Shown: positions 57,001 through 64,000 of the stretch, one piece after another
Layout of the letters: every line of letters begins with the position of its first letter
Numbering within the stretch: the first letter of the stretch is position 1
NCBI RefSeq assembly: GCF_008831285.2
Contig: NC_045138.2
Coordinates: forward strand, 8,618,001-8,682,000
DNA from: Nymphaea colorata
Taxonomy: Eukaryota
Length of the DNA stretch: 64,000 nt
Direction: 5' to 3'
Notes under the pieces: generated by a model
What the model was told of the DNA's origin: nothing
What the model saw: only the letters and a program-made list of their open reading frames with translations
The model's database searches: none
Made by a program: the position numbers and the translations under genes

Positions 57001-57262
57001 TAGTTCTTGACCCTCTTAAGCACGATTATGATACGAGTTTATAAATTTTGGACTCTTTTGGGCTCATTTCATTGAATCATTTTGGTTTTGAATTTAATGT
57101 AGGGCATACGTGTATGGTAATTTGGTTTATGCATCAGGTTTTGGATTCAATGAATGACAAATTTTGTATGTAAATTTTAATTCATGTATGTTTTGCTTGT
57201 TATTAAAATTATGGGTGTACTTTAGATGAATGTTTGGATTATGAATTTTGATCTTTGACCAT

Positions 57263-57584
57263 GTCTGTTGTTTGAAATGAGTACGTTTGTACTTTATGTC
57301 GCCAAAGTGACCTCTGTTGTACGAATTTGCTTGTTTTAAACATTAGATGATAATATACTTGATCCATGCGAACAATGATCAGCGCAAAGGAGGATTGTTG
57401 TTTGGTCATGTTCAAGTATACAGGGCAATGAATATGTGATAATTTTTCAGGTTTCCATGTGAATAGCGAGTCAATCCAAAGATAGGCTCGTTGTTTGACA
57501 GAGTTAATTATTCATATTCATTGTTGACCAAGAATACCACTTGCAGTTAGTATTTCAATCCTAAGATTGGATATTAACGTTGCA
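57263..57584 (+). promoter_or_regulatory. Array of four predicted RNA stem-loops with CAAA/CTAA loops upstream of gag (element 3)
   Basis: gtcgc-caaa-gtgac (57298-57311) within a long stem. tatacttga/tcaagtata (57354-57362/57412-57420). caatgaatatg/catattcattg (57426-57436/57513-57523) with atc-caaa-gat. caatc-ctaa-gattg (57556-57569). Confidence 0.65.
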
Positions 57585-57702
57585 CCGGTACCTTGTGATG
57601 GGATTTAGGCCATTGTATTTATATTCATTTTTATTTGTTGTTTCATCTTTGTACATGTATTGATTGTGAGCATGTTTGGTATTTTTGTTGTTCTTTGTAC
57701 AG

Positions 57703-60375
57703 TGAGTTCTGCTTTTATGATATCTGCAAATTTGACTACTGTTCATGAGTTAAATGGTTCGAATTTTAAGGACTTGAAAGAAACTGTCATGATTGTTCTG
57801 GGTTGTATGGATCTTGACCTTGCATTTAGGGAGTCGTGCCTACCTCATCCAACAGATCAAAGTTCCCATGAGGATAAGCGGTACTTTGAACGATGGGAAC
57901 GCTCAAACCGCATGTGTCTAATGATCATGAAGAGATCAATCCCAGAAAATTTTAGGGGCTCTATTACTGAAAAGGCTAGTGCCAAGGCGTTCCCTGAAGA
58001 GATTGAAAAACGTTTTGCTAAAAATGAAAAGACTGAAACAAGCACTCTTTTGAGTAAACTTGTGACGCTGAGGTTTAAAGGAAAGGGGAACATACGGGAG
58101 CACATTATGGAAATGTCTCATCTTGCTTCAAAATTACAGGCACTAGGTCTGAGGTTACCTGAAGACTTTATAGTGCATATGGTTCTTCTTGCTCTTCCAC
58201 CACAGTTTGGACAATTTAAAGTTAGTTATAACTGTCAGAAGGAGAAATGGACTCTTAATGAGCTCATTTCGCACTGTGTGGAAGAAGAGGAAAGATTGAA
58301 GCATGATATGATAGAAAGTGCTCACTTGGCTACTACGCCTAAAAGTAAGAAAAGAAAGATGGCTAAAGAAATTGCAGTTGATCACGCATCCATCAAGAAA
58401 CAAAAGAAGCATAAGGAAGGCAAATCAAGCTGCTCCTTTTGCAAGGATGAAGGTCATATGAAGAAGGATTGTAGTAAGTATCACGCATGACGTGAAAAGA
58501 AATGTACGATTCTTACTTTGAGTTTGTTCTGAAGTTAATTTAATTTCAGTACCAAGGCACTTGTGGGTAGATTCGGTAGCTACTACTCACATAAGTGTCT
58601 TTTGTGCAGGGCTGCCTAAATTGTTAAACGCCAATTGATGCTGAAAGATTCATCTATGAGGGCGATGACATGAAGGCGAAGATTGAAGCCATAGCAGATT
58701 TTTTGGGTTATTGTTAAAGACTGGTTGTTTTTTGAATTTGACAGAAACTTATGTAGTACCGTCTTTTAGACGGAATTTGTTTTTTATTTCTTTACTGGAC
58801 AAATTTGGTTATTATTGTTCATTTGGAGGAAACAAATTTAAGTTGTTTCTGCATTCAAATTTGATTACTACTGGTTCTTTGTCTAGTTGCTATAACCTCT
58901 ATTTGCTTGATACGGTTGCTTCATATCATGAAACCTTGCATGTTACGTTTAGTGGTACTAAAAGAAATTAGTCAAAGGGAATTCTGCTATGTTATGGCAT
59001 TGGCGCTTAGGACAAATCTCTGAAAAGAGAATAAAAGGCTTATGTCGAATAGAATTCTTGAGTCCCTTTGATTTTGTAGACTTTAATGTTTGCATTGTAC
59101 GTATAAAGGGAAAATGAACAAACATTAAGGGGTTATAAGTTTTATAATCCATTCAGTAAGTCTTTCTTTAAAAGGAAAATGCCCTTTTCTTTGAGGATAT
59201 TGAGTTTGGGGAGGTGATCAGGTTAGAAGCATTGCTTTTGAAGAGGGACCTGAGTCCACTCTATTCAGAAGAAGGCAATGATGTCGATCTCCATACTGAA
59301 GAACAAACTCAACAACCTCAAGAAAATTAAGTAGATGTGTCACTAAGGAAATTCATATATGGACTAAAGCAAGCTTTCTAATCAATGGTATTACAAATTT
59401 CATTAAATTATAGTTTCATTGGGTTTCGAGACTAATGTGGTTGATGAATGTGTATACCAAAACTTCAGTGAGGCAAATTTATCTTTCTGGTTTTATATGT
59501 CAATAATATATTGCTGACAAGTAATGATGTGGGCATATTGCATGAAACTAAGAATTTTTTTGTCAACACAATTTGACATGAAGGATCTTGGTTGTGCATC
59601 TTTTGTATTAGGGATCCAAATATTTCGAGATCATTATCGGGGTATTCTTGGATTATCACAAAAGACCTACATTGATAAGGTGCTTCAGCAATATGGCATG
59701 AAGGATTGTAAACCAGAAGATACTCCAGTTGCTAATAGAGACAAGTTTAGTCTCAAACAGTGTCCTAAAAGTGAAATCGAATCTAAGGAAATTAAAAGGA
59801 TTCCCTATTCGTCTGTTGTGGGAAGCCTTATGTATGTTCAGGTTTGTACTCATCCGGATATTGCATTTATCGTTGAAATGTTAGGCAGATACTTAAGTGA
59901 TCCTGGTATGGATCATTAAATAGCAGCCAAAAGGATATTAAAGTACTTACAAAGAACAAAAGGGTTTTATGTTCACATACATGAAGTCAGACCAGTGGGA
60001 GATAATTGGGTATTCAGATTCTGACTTTGCTGGGTGTCAAGATAATGGCATCCAATCAGGTTTTGTGATTGCAGAATTTTGTCACGAGGCTGCGTATTAT
60101 GTATGGTATAGAAAGACCGCTAAGGTTGTAGTGTGACAATAATTCAGCAGTCATGTACTCTTATAACAGCCACAGTTTGTCAAAGTCGAAGCACATCGAC
60201 ATTAAGTTTTTTTGGGCTGTTAAAGAGGGGATACAGAATGGTCAGGTGTCTTTAGAGCATATTGGGACAAACTCTATGATTTGCGGATCCGCTTGCCAAG
60301 GGTTTAACACATAAGGTCTTTCACGAACATGTTATTCGTATGGGGTGTTATCATTGGATGATGTGCTGGTTTAGT
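57703..60375 (+). pseudogene. Copia gag-pol remnant of element 3: gag nearly intact; integrase core, RT N-half and part of RNase H deleted
   Basis: LNGSNF…LGCMDLDLA…WERSNRMCL…CSFCKDEGH gag (to 58490). Protease remnant, then LWHWRLG. The sequence then jumps to GYKFYNP, IYGLKQA, FDMKDLG, YSDSDFAG and KHIDIKF. Confidence 0.9.
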
Positions 60376-60768
60376 GGGAGTTTGTATTTTGTTTGCTCTT
60401 ATGTATGGACACATATTCAGTTTTCTGCAGAATAAAGTTTAAAGTTCTTTGGTTCCTTTCTGTGTTTGTGTTTTGATCTCCATAAGTTTTTTAAAGTTGG
60501 ATCAGTTGAGAATAGACATGTTGTAATCACATTACATGTAATTCTCATGCTATACATCCATATCATATCTATGTCATTGGTTATGTTAACATTTGTGATC
60601 ATTGAAGGTTTAGCTAATTTTGATATAGCGAAAGTCGCTTTGGTTTTGTGTTGATATGATCATGGACGAGATTGGTGAAATGACGTTTAATAAGATAGCA
60701 GTTATGAGCTCTTAAGGTTTTGTGTAATGTCTGAATGTATTAAGACATATTTGGCCCAAGTGGGAGAT

Positions 60769-61027
60769 TGTAAGATCATTTGGTGGGCCGACATATGTCC
60801 ATGAGGAATTTCAGACATTATGGCTGTCTTAACGTAAATATCCGCTTAAGTGATTACATTTTGGGATATTACGTCATTTTAGATGGTATGAGGTAATTTT
60901 GAAATGTATAGATACCAGTACGGAATTACGGACTCTTTGATGGGTGGAATCCGTAATTGTCTTTATTATAAAATGGTAGTGGTCCCTGGGGTCGTGCAAT
61001 GGTTGCCTGAAACATTGGTTTCTAGGG
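60769..61027 (+). repeat. Truncated 3' LTR of copia element 3
   Basis: Matches 55208-55466, then similarity stops abruptly. Confidence 0.92.
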
Positions 61028-61576
61028 GCTCAGACCAGGACCCTATGTGCTAAAGGCACAATTAGATGATAAAACAAGGTCATCAAATAAAGTCCATCAG
61101 AAAGAACAAGCTAGGTGTCACGGGCATGGATTTTCCTTCACCTTTTTTGCAAAGTGCAAGACACCCATGTGGCCCAAAAAAGTGTTACACGCTTCTTTAG
61201 TCAGCCTAATCCCTCAAAGAGGCTCAGACCAGGACCCTATGTCATTGTCGTTAGATAAGAGCGCAATTCCAGAACTTCGGCTCGATGGCCCTTTTCATTA
61301 ATCTCTTAAAAATTTAAATTACAAATAAATCACCAAGTCCGGATCTTTTCCCTATACAATTTTCTCTCACTTGTACCATTGTACGTAGATTGTCCTGCAA
61401 ACCTTGACACATAGGCCTCAACCTACTAAAATATAAGCTCATAAACACAAAAAGGGCCAAGGGTTGCGTCCTTATTAGCCATGCTCCTTGGCTGAACAAT
61501 CACAAGGCCATGATTCGTGCCACTTGAACATGCACTTTTGGCCCTTTTCTCGAACGGATGCCGGTTGTGGTGAAGG

Positions 61577-61910
61577 TAGGGCTGCACATGAGTCGAGTCA
61601 GCCCAAGCTTGGCCAGCTCGAGCTCGAGTCAAGCTTCTTACAGCAAGCTCGAGCTCGACTCGAGTACACAAAGTTTAGCTCGAACTCGGCTCGTTTAACC
61701 CATTTTTAACTCGTTAACTTGTTTAACATTTACTCATTTAACCCATTTAAGTGATTTAGCTCATTTAAGCGTTAGCTCGTCTAGCTCTTTTAAACGTTAA
61801 CTCGTTTAGCCGTCTAGCTCTTTTAATCATTAGCTCGTTTAGCCGTCTAACTCTTTTAAGCATTAGCTCATTACTCGTTTAAGCATTTAACTCTCATTTA
61901 GCTCGTTTTT
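61577..61910. mobile_element. One end of a gagctcgag-family hAT-like element with (ctcgttta/ctcattta) tandem repeats
   Basis: tagggctgcacatgagtcgagtcagcccaagcttggccagctcgagctcgag resembles the reverse complement of the 40944 end. Confidence 0.6.
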
Positions 61911-62891
61911 TGGTTCCCATTGCAAATTGTATGATCCTCAATATACAGTTTCTTTAGCCATATAACAATGGGAAGCAGGGTAAATATTAGCTTGAAAATG
62001 GTAAATCTCTTTTTTTAATCTGGAATGTCCTTAAAGAGGTCTTGAGGAAATGTTGGCCCACTTGACTTACTACCACACATCTCCTGATTGCTGAGTGGGG
62101 TGCTAGCACCAAAATTCATCTGAACAGCATTATGGAATTCATCTGAATGCTAGCACCACACATCTCCTGATTGCTGGGTCCTTGCTGCACTTGTTGGAGG
62201 TTGGATTCATGTCATGTACATAATCAGCAGTAAGAAGGAGCACCATGCAACTGAAGAATTTGAATCAGAAGGGCAAGCAGGTCATGGCATGACTTTTGGA
62301 GGACCATGCCCCTCTATGCTGAAATCCAGCAGCGGATTGAAAGTTGCAAGCTTCATTGAAAGAAACTACATGGAAAACATAATTAGATAGTATGTATTCT
62401 TCTTCATAAAGAACGGAACATCAAAATGACTAGGTTCATTACACTTCAATAAATCCCATATTTTCCTCTCATGTACACAAGCTGCTTAAAGAACATATAC
62501 ACTAAGGCGCCAAGCATACTTACAGAGTTGAAAGATTTGACAGCAAACCGAAAGAATTAGGAAGGTCTCCTGTAAAATGGTTGAAAGATAAATCCCTGCC
62601 ATGAGAGTACAGATACTTTAATTGGTAAAATGTAACATAACACAACATGGTCGTAATTGAGTAATGAAGATTCCCACCTAAATTGTAACATAACACAGCA
62701 GAAAGTATCAGAGACGCTTTAAGTTTTAGCTACATATAAGGCCTCAGAAAAAAGCATTTACACATACGTAACAATATATATAACAGTGAAGGACAGAAGA
62801 AATAAAAAAAAAGCACCGACATCAATGACACTTGAAGACAGAGAAGTGCACAAGATTAGACCTTCAATGGTCTCCCTTGGTGTCTTTATCT

Positions 62892-63488
62892 TCACCAAGC
62901 ATACTTATTGCAATGCTCATCAAGTGGAAGTGCCGCAAATGTGACAAAGGTATACCTGAAAGCCCAAAAGAAGTGTAATAGTGATTCAACTAAAAAATTG
63001 AGAAACTTACTCTCTTTTGCAGAAAATGAGTTACATATTGCATGTTCGTAAAAAGTACACAGCCAAGAAAGTGAAACCAGTAAATATAGAGGTCAAAGAA
63101 CTTTGCATGCCATCCAAACACAAAAAAGGAAAACAGAAAACAGGTCACCAAAAAAATCAAGCAATGAAGAACAGCTTCAAGAAATAAGCTCCATCTCTGA
63201 GAAAAAAGAATTGCTGCCTCACCTATGTGAACCATTCAGTGTTATGACTGAAACTTTGTGATCCTGAAATCAATTATAAAGTTATGATCAAGTTAGATCC
63301 TGAGAACATTGAAATTAGACCCTGCTTGTTCCAGAGAAAAGAAAAACTCCAATTAAAATGCACAACCTTTGAACCGGCATTGCAACTATTTAGTGCAACA
63401 GACTTGTTAGATGTCATACAGGCTCCTCCGTCAGCAGTTTTCATACTATTTCTGTTCTTGCAAGGGCCCACTGCACCATTAAGTATTA
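62892..63488 (-). CDS. Last three coding exons of an unidentified gene continuing beyond the window
   Basis: Exons 63488-63367, 63263-63223 and 62955-62892 have canonical AG/GT sites and mutually consistent phases, giving …ILNGAVGPCKNRNSMKTADGGACMTSNKSVALNSCNAGSKDHKVSVITLNGSHRYTFVTFAALPLDEHCNKYAW*. Confidence 0.55.
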
Positions 63489-64000
63489 CTGTCCAAACCA
63501 ATACAAATAAGTATGAGTATTTATCATATGGGACAACAAGGCAAAGACAATATATGTGCAAGTCCATCAACAAGACCCAAAAAAGTAAAATAAAATTACC
63601 ATAAATTGAAATATCTTACTGACTCAAGAAGGAACACAAGTAACAATGTCAAACAGCAACACACACACAATTTAAGTTCTTCACTATTCATCACCACAAG
63701 CCTTTGCAAATTAACCATAGGCTTAAAAAGGACCAGCGAACACTTTCCAACATGATAAGTGCATCCAAAACACTATTCTAAATAAGACAATAAATCAAGG
63801 AAAATGCAACTATAACACTTTTTGTGACAACATAACAAAAAAGAATATGAAGATTAAGCACCTTCTCAGAATGCCATATGCATAGAGTCCTTGTCAACCC
63901 AGTGGCAGATACCTCTCATCATATGGAATAATAGGAACCAACAAAATGCCAGACAAAGAACATAGCATTAACCTCGCTATCAGTGTTGGATCCACCTTGT

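Larger units (their letters stand above)
55208..61027 (+). mobile_element. Internally deleted Ty1/copia element 3 (Bianca-like gag) with truncated 3' LTR
   Basis: 5' LTR 55208-55683 (TG…CA). PBS TGGTATCAGAGCC at 55686-55698. PPT AAGTGGGAGAT at 60758-60768. 3' LTR 60769-61027 matches only the first 259 bp (about 10 mismatches). Confidence 0.93.

Overview
AT-rich flowering-plant nuclear DNA; no prokaryotic features. I could assemble four complete intron-containing genes: HIPL1-like glucose/sorbosone dehydrogenase-fold protein (+, 7057-19327), WAK-associated/GUB_WAK cysteine-rich cell-surface protein (-, 34158-36412, probable GC-AG intron), thaumatin-like protein (+, 43745-45664) and Lunapark (-, 46879-53228). 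The 3' exons of an unidentified gene lie at the right edge. There are three Ty1/copia LTR retrotransposons: a very young Ale-like copy in HIPL1 intron 2 with one nonsense codon, an older Bianca-like copy nested in a decayed LINE with a half-tRNA primer site, and an internally deleted relative with a truncated 3' LTR. Also present are many MITEs and microsatellites, and a mosaic mitochondrial insertion (group II intron fragment plus trnS-GCU pseudogene) between TA tracts in a Lunapark intron. The most notable signal is that the two Bianca-like elements share a 5' leader ending in four tandem stem-loops. The stems have diverged in sequence while a C-CAAA-G-type loop is retained, and the array sits just upstream of a splice-acceptor-like site at the start of gag. 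The two elements nevertheless use different tRNA-iMet priming modes. All comparisons were made by eye; family and lineage names rest on recalled motifs, not database searches.
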